This document shows, in pieces, positions 40,901-53,325 of a stretch of 64,000 nt of DNA; within the stretch, counting starts at the first letter, position 1; the number at the start of each line of letters is the position of its first letter. The position numbers were made by a program, and so were the translations under genes. The notes under the pieces were generated by a model. The model was given only the letters and a program-made list of their open reading frames with translations. It ran no database searches and had not been told where the DNA came from. Where the stretch lies: NCBI GenBank assembly GCA_013239625.1, contig MU053472.1, forward strand, positions 1,443,236-1,507,235. The letters run 5' to 3'. The stretch is from Lama guanicoe. Its lineage: Eukaryota.

Positions 40901-43295
40901 AGGAACAGGAGGTATCCTTGACTATGGACGTCTTTATGTCTTCTACCCTTTGCCAAGGGAATCTGTGTGAGAAGGCATGCCTTCAAACTTTAGGCAGTTT
41001 ACCAGTCAGCCTGAGCTTTCACTTTCTGTTTGCAAAGAGCCTTAAAGTCAGCCAGAAATTAGTGACTAGGACCTTCTCCATCTCAGCGTCTCTCCTGGGC
41101 ATGAGCACAGCCTTGCGCATTCACACAACTTTTTAGATCCCCTGGAATATGCTAGGGCTTTTCAGAGTCCCCTATAGTTACCTGGTTCTCCAGGCTGTGC
41201 TCTTAAATTCCCAGCCTGTCTCTTGCTAACTCCTACTCAAAGTGTAGCCTTAGCAGCTGCCATGTTGCCAGTGGATGCCTGTTGTTTTGATAAAGCTCTG
41301 GGAGCAGGGTATTTTTTTCTGTCAAGCTAAATTCGGAGTCAAATCCAATAGCCACAACTACCTAAGAACAGAGGTTTTTCAGGGAGCTGCAAGTTCAGAC
41401 AAAATATTGATTGTGCTCTGGGGATGTTGCTTTTAATTGAGCTCCACAAGAGGTCAGTCCTCTCCACTGGCTGTGAGACTGCTGGCTTTTTGTGGCTACC
41501 AAGAAACTGAGCTGGGGAGGGAGGGTGGATGGGAATAGTATCCCATCCACAAGTTAAAATATCACGGATCCCACCTTCTAACCAAAGTTCAGTTGTTTCT
41601 CTTGGATAGATGGTTTTCAGTTTGTTCTGCGGCTTTGGTTAATTTCCAAAGTGTTCAAACAGTTGATTTTAGGGTTTTTTTTGCCAGTGTTTCTGCTGTT
41701 TTTGTGGGAGGGTGAGTTCACTGAGGTCCTCACTCCACCATTCTGGAGGGTGATCCCCAGGCAAGCTCATTCCTAAACATGCTTCTTCTCATGTGTCCTA
41801 TGTCTCTGCAGCAGTCTTTATTTAAAGTTTGTCCTGCATTCATCAAACTCAAGGTCAGACTGTGAGTCTTCATCACAGTGTGACTTAGACTTATTCTGCT
41901 GTAAAAAAATCCCAGTCATCTTTAAGGTGTGTGCTTCTCTTCAATGAGACTTCCAGGGATCACTGGAACCTATTGCATCAAGAGCATCCCACTAGCCTGC
42001 TGTGCGGTAGAAAACTGCTTACTGACAGCAGCACCATGGACAGAAGGCGATAACCTGAGTAACGGTCAAGTTCTCTATACTAGTGCCCCGGCTGGAACAA
42101 ACCCCAGAAGACCCTTCTAGTTCCGTTTTTTATCTATCTTGCATATAGGATGTGTTCTTGATCCATCATTGCTACCTGAGGGGAAGGGAAGCGTCACGGG
42201 CTATTTGGGGAGAAGTGCTGATCTTTCCTACTTAGCACTGGACCTTGCACCTGGCATGAGAGGAGCCAATCAACAATGCCTTTTCTCCAGACTTCTCAGT
42301 CCCTCTCCTAAGAATTAGTTCATATTGTCTCCATTGTCATTCATGACTTTATGGCTGGGACGTGAACTGTGTGTTTCTAGGGTCTCAGTTGGTGGTCTGA
42401 CAAAAACTTTCAGTCTTTAATGAATTTTTGTTATCCCCCAATGATTGAGTGTGAGTGAAGGAAATATATCCCTGCTCCTCTATCTTCATACAACTGATTT
42501 AAATAATCAAAGGAAAATTAACATCAATGATGAGAATATGCGTCATTGATGAAACAATATAAGGGAGATATAGATGCATACCACAAATGTTTCTGCTGGA
42601 TAATGGTCACCTGGGACTCAATGTAAGGCTAAAACTCATACACATAATTTTTAAGAGACTAGTGCAGTACCATGAAAACTAAATAAAGGAAATCCTAGCA
42701 GATACTCACTAATCGTCACTAATCAGAGAAATAAGGTCTCCAAGGAAAAGCTGTTTTTTGGAAGGATAGGGGTCATTTCTACTTGGAATTTCTTTTGACA
42801 CTACAGATCAACTCAAGGCCACTGCACAATTTAGGAAAGAAAAGGAGGCCTTGAAAACAGAAAAACCAGTGGAAGGGTCTTTCCCTGACCATACATGTTA
42901 TTAAAGCAGGTAGCTTGCCTCAGCACTAGGAGTAATTTCCATATTTTTAGGGGCAACTAACGCCTGAGGCAACTCAGCTTACAAAACAGCCAAGAAGGAA
43001 GCTATACACCTGTACCTAAAGCAGAAGCCAAGCCAAACAGAAAGTCAGGTACCAAAAACTGTTACATGGGCAGTAGTTTGAGCAAACAACGGGGAAAGGT
43101 CTACCAAGACAAACTTCTAGACAAGATGGCCCATGACTCTTAACTTCCTCTCGACCCTGTTCAGGAAGCTGCCATTCTGAGCTGATTATTTAAACCCACA
43201 TAATGAAGGGCTCCGAGAGCAGCCAGGTAAATAGGGAGTGGCTCAAGGAAAATAAATGCACAATATTTTTAGTCAATTATTATGTCTTTCTAAAT

Positions 43296-43512
43296 CAGGG
43301 GTTGGCAAGGTTTTTCTTAAAGGGCCAGATAAGTAAACATTTCAGGTTTTGTGGGCTAAGAGACATAATCAAGGCTATTATGTAGGTATTTATATAACCA
43401 TTTAAAATGCAATCATTAAAAAATGGGAAAACCATTTTTAGCTTGTGGGCTGTAAAAACAAAACAGGTGGTTGGCCAGATATGGCACACAGGCTATAGTT
43501 TGCTGATCTAGA
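43296..43512. mobile_element. MER58-like hAT MITE
   Basis: CAGGGGTTGGCAA...AAGGGCCAGATAAGTAAA...TAGTTTGCTGA. Confidence 0.8.
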
Positions 43513-44054
43513 CTAACCCTCACTCAAATGTGAATAACAAGGGAAAACATTGGGCCTGTGATTGTTAGGGGACAGAGAAGAAAAACAGAGCATTCACAAG
43601 ATATAGGTATATTAACTAAGACACTTCTGGTCATGACAGAAGTCCAGTTTAAACTATCTTAAGTGAAAAAAGATTATTAGGGACCTACATTCAATATCTT
43701 GTAGTAACCTATAATGAAAAAGAATATGAAAAGGAATATATGGATGTATACGTATGACTGAAACATTATGCTGTACATCAGAAACTGATGCAACACTATA
43801 CACTGAATATACTTCAATTTAAAAAATAAATTAAAAAAAAAAGGATTATTAACTCAAACTGAAGACTGATGGGTCAAAAGGGGGAGCAATGTGCTTTTTC
43901 TTCCATCCCTTTTCTCAGCTCTTCTCTCTGATTCAGTCACTGTCATTCTGCACATGTAAGTTAAAAGAAATATGTATTATATTGGAAATTTGGATTACGT
44001 AAAATATTTTGGAAAAATAAAAATGAGTAAAACTGACCAAGAAAGACGATCTGT

Positions 44055-44137
44055 ACACACACACACACACACACACACAAAACCCACAAAAAAAAGAAAT
44101 AAAAAAGAAACCAAAAAAGAGAGAGAGAGCGAGAGAG
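44055..44137. repeat. (CA)n, A-rich and (GA)n compound microsatellite
   Basis: Direct reading. Confidence 0.9.
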
Positions 44138-44719
44138 ATCTGTACAAATGCATAATGTGAAAGTGATCTAAAAACTAGTGAAGAGTAAGCTACAGAGGGA
44201 GTAGCTTTGGATTTAAGGGGGCTCGAGGTGAACGGGGAAAGCATGGAATGGTGGAAGAGAAGAATGGAAGAGGAAGGGAATCAACCAAAGACAAGGAAGG
44301 AGGTTCTTGAGTGTTGCTCTGGGTCTACAGATCCAGAAATTTGAGGCGGCATTTATCCTCACAGCATCCCTCATCATTCTTGGTATAGGGGCTAAGAAGA
44401 CGGCATAGGATTTGTTCTCGAGATGGTGTTTGATGTCCAGGATGACAGGAGAAGGAAGGGATGTGAGGGAGGTGAGAGTGCTCCTGAGAGAGCAGTTGAG
44501 GTGATAAAACATGGAGGTGAAACTAAAGAGTGAAGGTCTTCTGTAAAGCACAGGGAACTCTAGTCAATATCTTGTAATAACCTATAATGAAAAAGAATAT
44601 GAAAACGAAAAAAGAAAGAGTGAAGGAAGTAAGGCAGCAATGGGGCTGACAGGCTGGAAAAGAAGAAAGATTAAGAATTTATATTAAAAAAGGAAAAAAA
44701 AGAAAAAAATGTTTAGGAC

Positions 44720-44818
44720 TGGGGACAGCTCAGTGGTAGAGCACATGCTTAGCAAGCACAAGGTCCTGAGTTCAATCCCAAGTACCTCCAGTGAAAAAAA
44801 GAAAAAAAGAAAAAAAGA
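44720..44818 (+). mobile_element. tRNA-derived SINE (Vic-1-like)
   Basis: AGCTCAGTGGTAGAGCACATGCTTAGC...GTTCAATCCC followed by an A-rich tail. Confidence 0.8.
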
Positions 44819-44836
44819 ACCTGTATGTCTGCAGTA

Positions 44837-45053
44837 GGGAGGGATAAATTAGGAGTTTGGGATTACCAGAGACAAACTACTACGTATAAAATAGATAAAC
44901 AGCAAGGTCTTAGTGTACAGCACTGGGAGCTATATTCAGTAGCTTATAATAGCCTATAATTAAAAATACATATACAGATGTATAACTGAATCACTATGCT
45001 GTACACCAGAAACTAACAGAACATTGTAAATTGACCATACTTCAATTAAAACA
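44837..45053 (+). mobile_element. L1 3' end (older subfamily)
   Basis: Same 5' motif as the 26247 copy; TSD AAGAACCTRTATGTCT. Confidence 0.85.
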
Positions 45054-45912
45054 AGAACCTATATGTCTCTTTTTTATTTGTCCATCCAACCTCAATAAAT
45101 CTGGATTAAAAAGAAAAGAACTTGTATGTCTCTGTGTGATCTGAGAACAGTAGTAATACAAGTTAGGGCTTGGTAGAGGTGGAAATAGAGACTGGTAGGT
45201 ACACTGGAGTCAAAGATTTCTAATATGGAGCAGTTTTTAGCATGGTCATGTGTGAGTCTGGTCGACCTGGAGGGAAAATACTTGTCACTTGAGTTGTATA
45301 AACCATGGAAGTGTGGAGTTATGGAGTTTAATGTTTCTTTCAAAGGAAACTGCATTTATCAGGGTGCTGGCACAATATAGAGGCAGATAGGAACTCAGAG
45401 CTACAAGCTCTGACAAATGTAAACAAGAACCATAAACTGGTGGATGAGAAAGAAGGTGGCAGAGAAATGTTTACCCATCTGAGGGGAGTACTGGTTTGGT
45501 GATAATGGAAATGAGGAAAATTCAGAATTCCCTCCAGCCCCTACAATGTGCAGATAATGGGAGACCATGAGTCCCCTAAGTTCTAAAGAGTAGCACCGGA
45601 AGCCGGATTTTCAAGATAAAACAAGAAGGGAGGGAGGGAAGGTTATAGAGGAGAAGAGAAAGGGGAGGAGTAGGTTTATAATGGAAATAAATATCCAAAG
45701 GCACAGTGGAAAAGTCTTTTAGGGAAGGGAGCAGTGGGAGGATGAGTCAGGAAAGAGAGAATAAAGTGGCATTGGTCTGGAAGTACAGGAGAGGAAAAGA
45801 GTGGGAGACATAGAAGCTAAATGAGGAGATGTAAAATCCAAGAATGATGGGTGAGTTCATTCAGCTGGTCTCGAGACGAAACTCTGGTGTACTGTTCAGG
45901 TATCTCTGATAT

Positions 45913-45934
45913 TCTGAATATAGCTATATTCAGA
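45913..45934. repeat. Perfect 22-bp palindrome
   Basis: TCTGAATATAG|CTATATTCAGA. Confidence 0.95.
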
Positions 45935-47339
45935 TAAGGTCGCAGTGGATTCTGTATCATGATATCCAGGCTGGGGAGCTGGGGTGGTCATGCTGGAGCA
46001 GGTCTAGTTTGGCTCTATTATGCAATAACTTCTAAGCCACTGTGTACAGTACATGTTCAATGTGTATTTATTATTCGCCCAATGAAAGAGGAACTGGGTG
46101 TAACCAAAGAAAACAGATCAAGTCTCCAAAGGACTGAAAAGCCTAGACGATCTCAGCTTTTCTTTTTTACTTTCCCATTTCAACAGTCATAAAACTGGAG
46201 AATTGGGTGGAGCTGAGAGTCAGCGGCCTCAGAGAACTGGAGCAGCTGAGAGACTATCCTGCCCAAAAAGGCAAGGTATTTACCAGATGAACTTAGTCTT
46301 GAGTAGGAAGGTGTGTTTGTCGAAAGGGGGGTGGGGGAGGGAGGAAGAATTCATTGTACTCAATCCCATGGAACGTGTCCAAAAGAGTCACTCACTGAAA
46401 AGTCTATGAGATTCAAGCTTCTGAAATGAATGCAGGGAAATCAATCCATGGCCAGATGAGGTGGAGGAAAATGTCTTTCTTTTAAACAGAGAAGCTCCCT
46501 GCACCCCCTCCCTCACTCCTTACCATCATCTCTATGAAATTACCCTACCCTACATATCCTCATCTCACTTCATCTTCTGAATCTTTTCCCAGATCTGATC
46601 TCAATAACATTGTCACTCGTCCTTTGGGGATTTGACTCTATGTTTGTTGATTGATTTGTTTCCTCCTCTCTTTGCTGCAGTAGACAAAGTGCTGAACCAG
46701 ATTATCATTAATTATCCAGAACCAGATAAAAATAACACCTCAAAAACTAAAGGTAAATCCCTACCAGGGAGATTGACAGACCCCCAAAGTTGTGAAAGTT
46801 CAATGCACACTACTTTGTTTCAAAATAATTATTTTCATTCTACAATTTAGGAAATAGGAAAACTTTCTTGACCTCCAGCAAATTTCTAACTTCAGATTTT
46901 TATCTGTTAAATGATGTATTAGTATTTACCTTTTCAAAGCTGTTGTATTAAGGCTATTAGGGAATTAGTATGAAATAGGCATTCAACAAATAACTATTAT
47001 TATCTTTCAATCTGCATAAAATACTATGTAAGTATCATAACAGTCCAGTTAAATAAGAAAAATTATTTGGCATCTAAATAGTAGACTGTTGAGGGTTTAT
47101 GTGAAATAATTTGCTTAAAGCTAATATCTGGTTAATTGATATCACACCCTAGTGGTCACTCCAAGGTCATCTTGGGATCTGACCCAAAACAGAAAGAGCT
47201 TGTTCCTGAAACCATATCCTAGATCCGGAATCCTAAAAGGCACTAATACCAAATGACAGGTGCCTCCTCTGATTCACTTATTTGGCACATAATCTGAAGT
47301 GAATTCACATTACAGAGCCCTGAAGAGGCTATATTCTGA

Positions 47340-47910
47340 AGCGGTTGAGAATATAGCCCTGGATTTAGATTGTGCGGAATCAAACTCTATTTTCTGTGTG
47401 ACCTTGAGCAAATTATTTCCTTCAGGTGCCAGTTTCCTCATCTACAAAATGAGGAGAATAATAAAACCCATCTCCCAGAGCTATTGTGAGGGGCAGCTGA
47501 ATTCATATGTGTCAAGTGCTTAAAATAATGCCTAGCACACACTAAAAATGGTTAAATAAGTTTTAGTTATTACAGTAACAACTATATATTTTTTTAACGT
47601 CACATGAATGGCCACCTAGAATTATGGATGAAGATGAGTGTGGCTTTAAAATCGGTACAATCCAATCCCCTCACAAGACCCTTGTCAAAGTGAGACTCAA
47701 AGAGAGAAACTGACTTGGTGAAGTATTTGTGACAAGCACTGTGCTAAGCACTTACTGCGTTATCTCATTTATTTCTCCCAACAACTCTATGAGATGGGTA
47801 CCATTATTGTCCTCATTGGTGAGAAACCGAAGCTAAAGGAAGTTAACTCCCGTGCCCAGGGTTTCACGGTAGTATGTGATGAGGCAGGATTAGAAACCAG
47901 AGCTTCTCTT
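47340..47910. mobile_element. Two MIR SINEs in opposite orientation
   Basis: CORE motifs TGTGTGACCTTGAGCAA...CAGTTTCCTCATCT and, in reverse, GAGAAACCGAAGCT. Confidence 0.75.
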
Positions 47911-47965
47911 CTAGAGTCCACCCCCTCAAAAATTCTATGCCATTCTGCTTTTTAAAACCAATTGA

Positions 47966-48065
47966 GGGGGAGGAAAATAGCTCAGAGGTAGAGGGCATGC
48001 TTAATATACATGAGGCCTGGGGTTCGATCCCCAGCACTTCCATTAAAACAAACAAACAAACAAAC
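47966..48065 (+). mobile_element. tRNA-derived SINE (Vic-1-like)
   Basis: A/B boxes (GGTTCGATCCC), (AAAC)n tail, TSD ACCAATTGA. Confidence 0.85.
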
Positions 48066-48442
48066 ACCAATTGAATTCCTAAATTTCTACATCAAAGCAC
48101 ATAATCAACAAGATTTGGGCTTGGAAATTTCCAAAGCAAGTGTTTCTAGTTACCAGCCATAGGAAAATCTTAATAATTCTTCCACTGTACCACATAATTT
48201 CCTGGTCAACTTGTCTCGATGAATTAATTGCAAAACGCTCCTTTAATACATAACAAAACAAATTGACTTTTTGTGTGGTGTTATGAGAAGAGCTAACTGG
48301 AAGGCAGTAAGCCTTCACCTAATATTTATAGTTCCTTATGTCATCAGCATCTCCCTCGCTCTCAGCTGATGATTCCACTTCTACGTCACTGAGAAGATAC
48401 AGGCCATTGGGCAGTAAATTCGTCAGCATCCTACCTCCCGAC

Positions 48443-48525
48443 AAACCTCCAAACTTATCTGTAACCCTGTCAGTCTGAAACCTCCAAACTTATCTGCAAC
48501 CCTGTCAGTCTGAAACCTCCGAACT
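48443..48525. repeat. 35-bp tandem repeat, ~2.4 copies
   Basis: AAACCTCCAAACTTATCTGYAACCCTGTCAGTCTG at 48443 and 48478; partial third copy at 48513. Confidence 0.95.
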
Positions 48526-48609
48526 CTGCGTTTTATCTTTTCAATAGTGAAGGTATCACTCTTCTAAGGTGATCTTCTCCACTTATACTCTAAATCAATC
48601 TTAGATGTG

Positions 48610-48976
48610 ATTCCTGGACTAGCAGTATCAGCAGCACCTGGGAGCTTGTTAGACATGCAAATTCTTGTGCCCCATCCTAGATGTACTAAATCAGAAACTC
48701 TGGGAGTGGGTCCCAGAAACCTGTCTGAAACAAGCCCACAAGGTGATTCTGATGCACACTGAAGTCTGAGAACCACCGCTCTAAATTCCTACTATTCAAA
48801 ATGGGGCCCACAACAAGCGGCACTTGCATCACCTAGGAACCTGTTAGAAATATAGACTCTTAAGCCCCACCCCACACTTTACTGAGTCAGAATATGCATT
48901 TAATAGAAACCCACAGGCGACTCCAAGATCCCCAGGTGAATAACACGCATGTTAAAGTTTGAGAAACACTGCTCTA
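48610..48976. mobile_element. Two tandem MER5-family (hAT-Charlie) elements
   Basis: CACCTGGGAGCTTGTTAG...GGTGATTCTGATGCACAC...TGAGAACCAC, then a second copy ending AAGTTTGAGAAACACTG. Confidence 0.8.
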
Positions 48977-51900
48977 CCTAATAACCTCTTCTCAGGCACC
49001 AGCCTCATTCCCACCCCGCCCTCCTCTTTTACCTTTCACTCTTTTGCCTCTTTGCTGTCAGCATTTTAAAAATGATCCTGTCCCTTCACTATTTAAAAAC
49101 ATATTGTTCCCTTGATCCCTCAGCTACTTCTTTCCCCACTTCCATTCACAGACAAGCTTCTTGAGTGGCTGGCCTATACTAAGAAGGGTTTGCTGAAGGT
49201 TTCTAGGAAAGTTCACCACTTGAAAAAGAGTAGTTGAAAGCCATTCTTTTTCTCTCACCACACTGGGGAAGCGTGTAAAGTTGACTGCTGCAGACAGCCT
49301 TCTTCTAACTTTGGATGAAGAAGGGGTTGGATCTCATGACATCACTGCAACACTGGATCAACCAGTCCTGATGTCTGCCCTTCCTCTGGATTTAAGTTTG
49401 AATAATAAACCTTCCACACTTGCTCGCTCATCTTGTTGCCTCCTGTTTGTCTCACTTCCTCATACCTGTTTTTGGTGCCTCAGCCTGTCCCCTGCACACT
49501 GACATTTTATTTGCACTGTCTGTTTGGATTTATACTTCAGTTTTCCAGCAGATACTGACTTGAACTCTCTTTCTCCATGTTTTGCATGAAGCCTAGCCAT
49601 TTTACCACTGTCACGACGACTCCCAGCTCCCAGGCCTCAACCTGAAACCTCAGAAACAACTCTTCCTGCACAGCTGAGGGGCACCTGGAACACAGAAGTC
49701 AGAAAAGTGGTCTGGCTGGACTCCAGAACTTTCTTTCACTGCATCTGAGGCTTAGCGGTGGCCTCTGCTGATACTAGGTCAGGAGCATGTGCCGCTCCAA
49801 CCTGAAACCAATTTTCTTTGGAGTTTTAAGACCCCTACTTAATCCTGTAGAAGAATTGGAATTGAGAAATAGAAACAGGAAGTCCAAAAATTGTGGGTCC
49901 TTGGAACTGAAAGGACATAGAGGCTCGAGGGGCTTGGGTGACTGTTTTGGGGATATGTGTTTTTGTCTGTTTGATTCCTCTCTCTATGCCCATGTCTGGA
50001 ACAGTCCCAGTCCCTGCTAAGAGCTCAGTACGTATTTGCCGAGTGAATGTGTGTTGATGAGCAAGCAAAGGGCTAGTCGGCTGAGAAAGGCATTGACAGT
50101 TGAGGACTTTTATGCTCCTGGTAAGATAAAAAGAACAATGGTCTTGATTCCTGACAAGTCCCTATTCAAGGTCCTCATCAGGCTGGGCCAGGCTTCCTGC
50201 GTTCTGGTTCCATGAGATACCCCTGTATTTGTATAACAAATCTTTTTAAATTTATGTTGTCGTGAGAGATTTGGCATAAGCCACTGTAGTTTTTATCTGG
50301 GCACATGGCCCTTTAAGAAAAAGGAATTCATTTCCAGCGTTCTATATGTTAGCTGTGGCCACGTGAGTAAGATCCGGCCAATAGGTTATAAGTAGAAGTG
50401 TTCTGGGGCAGTTGCACAGGACACGCATACCTTGGACCACACTTAGGATACCTGTGTCTAGCTCAAGGATTGATCTGGGAAGCCTGGGTTCCCAAAGAAT
50501 GAAGAGATTGGTAACCAAACATTTCTCGAATACTCTGGATTTGATCCCAGAGATGACCCTTTTCTATAGATCTGACATGGTCCTTGTCATGGCACATTTT
50601 ATTTCTTGACCCAGTCCCCACAGTAGTAATTATAGTGGGTTTATCAAAGTGATGTTCAATTTGTTGACTCTCTGTTTTCAGATAGTGATTCCCAAAAAGA
50701 GTTTTAAAAATTCCTTTCCAATTGCATCGAAAGAAAGTAACTTATCTATTAAAGGAAATGCAAAAATTAGAGCATATAATGCTTAAGATGGGGGGGAAGG
50801 TAAAAGAAAACAAGAATCTATAGAGCACATCACACAGACTTTCCTAATATTTTGCAAAAAAATGTCCTGAAGGAAATCAAAGACATCCAAATGTAGGGAG
50901 TGTACAAACTCAGGTTGGCAAGAAATGTAAACTTATTTTTTATAATTAAGAAATTTATATTTAATAACCCCACTTCCCCAAGTTAATGAAAAAATAATCT
51001 TAAAAAATGAGATGTTCCTTCAAATTATTCAGATGGGCTGATTCCATTCCATATAGGGTCTCCCATACTTAGAACTTTGAGTGGTAAAAAGGGTGACTGG
51101 TCATAAGTCATTATTCGTTTGCTCTGGCATCTGCTGAGACTGCTTTTTCTGCTGTTTCTCATGGCACTCTGGATCCTGTGGATGCATCTTTCCAAATCCC
51201 CAAAGCAGCCATTTCTACCCTCCTGATGCCTCAACGTGCTAGGAGTAAGGCTTAGAGGCTGGTGACTGCCTTCCCAAGAAAATGAGGCATACTCCCTGTT
51301 GCATCTGATATCAAACAATCTGGAGGAATTCAATGGACCACCTCCAGGCTTAGCTTGCAGAGAGGGCCAGGCACAGGATAATGGTCTCTCGGACACACCG
51401 GTATCTAAGCTTTTTAGCTTCTCCTTTAGTTCTCCTCCTCAAACAGATAGTAGAATCATTTACTCCTTCTCCTTGAGAACTTTTCTTTTAATACAGAAAA
51501 ATATAGAAAATAATAAAATGAACACCTGTGTCCTCACTACCAAGGACTGCAGATTGTTAACATTTTTGTCATACTTTTTTGCTCTATTTTAAATAAAAGA
51601 AATAAAATATCACAGATGAATTTGATGTACCTTTATCTCTCGTGATGCAACCCAGAGTCCCATTACATCTCCTCTCTGCAAAGGCCATCACTACCATGAT
51701 ATATTGGTATTCTCCCAGTACACTTTTTAGATTTTAGACACATTAAATTACTTTATATTTTCTATATACTATCCAAATTATATTACTTTAATAATATAAA
51801 TATAATAATATATAGCACAAGGAACTATATTCAATGTCTTGTAGTAACTTATGGTGAAAAAGACTATGAAAATGAATATATGTATGTACATGTATGGCTG

Positions 51901-52775
51901 AAGCATTGTGCTATACACCAGAAATTGACACACCATTGTAAGGTGACTATACTTCAATAACTATATGTATAAAAAAGTACACATTACCATATATGGAGAT
52001 TTAATACCAACCCTTAAGTCTCCTTACCAGCAAAAGATAGTATTGTTTTATTTTCCTCAGAACAGAGTCTGACCTGTGGTATCTTTTCCCATGGTGTTAT
52101 TTTGAATAAAGACTTCCTTGACTGAAAGACAAAAAAAAAAGTGTTTAAATTTGTATAAACAGTATACTATGGCCATATCAATGTTTTCATTTAACATTTT
52201 TCATTTTATATCTTCTAACTTTTTTTGAGATGTGTCCATATTGACACAGTGTACCAGTTAGGAATGCTTCTGGCTGAGAATAGTATAAAATTCAACCAAG
52301 TGTAACATAAACAAAACAGATTTCTTTTCTCACGTAAAAAATACTCCAGAAGTAAATAGCAGTTGGTATTTTTTTCCATGGCTTGGTAATGTCAGGACCA
52401 GAATCTCCATATTTCTCTTGGCATTTCCTTCACGGTTGTACGCTGGGGGAAAAGGCAGTGCCAGCTACCTTTGTCTCCAGAATCCCCCAACAAACTTCTA
52501 TTTCTATTTCACTGATCTTTATTATTCCAAGACTCAGGTGCAGTGGAGTTGAGGAAAGGGAGTGCTGAGCTTTTTTTATCCTCTACAGAGAAGATGGCAA
52601 ATGAAGAAAGGGGTTAGGAGTGGTTGATCGGTCAAACGATGTCTGACACACTATTCCTAAAAGGACATTCCTTCTAACTGCTGTCACAGTCATAATGAAT
52701 ATACCACATTTTCTTATCTATTCTATTTTTTTTAGCTTTATGTTTTTTTAAGTTTATTATTGTATTATTTACTTA

Positions 52776-52896
52776 TTTTATTTTGGTCGGAGGAGGTAAC
52801 TAGGTCTATTTATTTTTAGAGGAGGGACTAGGGATTGAAACCAGGACCTCGTGCATGCTAAGCAAGCACTCTATCACTTGAGCTATACCCTCCCCC
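52776..52896 (-). mobile_element. tRNA-derived SINE (Vic-1-like)
   Basis: Reverse A/B boxes ending GAGCTATACCCTCCCC. Confidence 0.85.
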
Positions 52897-53325
52897 TTAT
52901 TTATTTCATTTTTGATGGATGTTTTCAATTTTTCCTATTGCAAACAATGGTACAATGAACATCCTTACATATGTTGTCTTCTAAGTTTGTAAAGTCTTTA
53001 TCACCATCACTACACACAAAAACTGGCTCTAATAAATTATATATTTTCACATACCAAGGCTTTTGAAACAAAAAAGTTGAATATTTAACTTTCATTTTTC
53101 CCTCTAACATCTTTTTCCTGAGGTATAAACTCTAAATGATTTTATGAGTTTATGAATGAAGGAAGGGTCTTGAGGTAATAGGAATTTCTGGGAGGGGAAA
53201 ACCAGTAAACATATGAAACAATTTCCTGCCATACATAAACCAATAAATAAAGTCTCAGTATATAAAAACTGAAATTTGAATTAGTACATAAGCAAAAACT
53301 AGGACATATCAAAAAGGAACACAAA

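Noticed and set aside
42522..42551. 11-bp hairpin CATCAATGATG/CGTCATTGATG as a miRNA or snoRNA
   Set aside because: Too short for a pre-miRNA, and no box C/D or H/ACA layout was seen.
44213..44551. 112-aa minus-strand ORF
   Set aside because: FYHLNCSLRSTLTSL resembles degraded L2 ORF2, and its start lies in an L1 insert.
47143..47158. Second CTCF-like motif CCACTAGGGTGTG
   Set aside because: Mismatches in the GGC core; too weak without data.
48443..48525. CRISPR-like 35-bp repeats
   Set aside because: No spacers and a eukaryotic context; a plain tandem duplication.
50005..50120. Exon candidate with a GTAAGA donor
   Set aside because: Stops in all three frames, and it overlaps an L2 3'-end-like motif.
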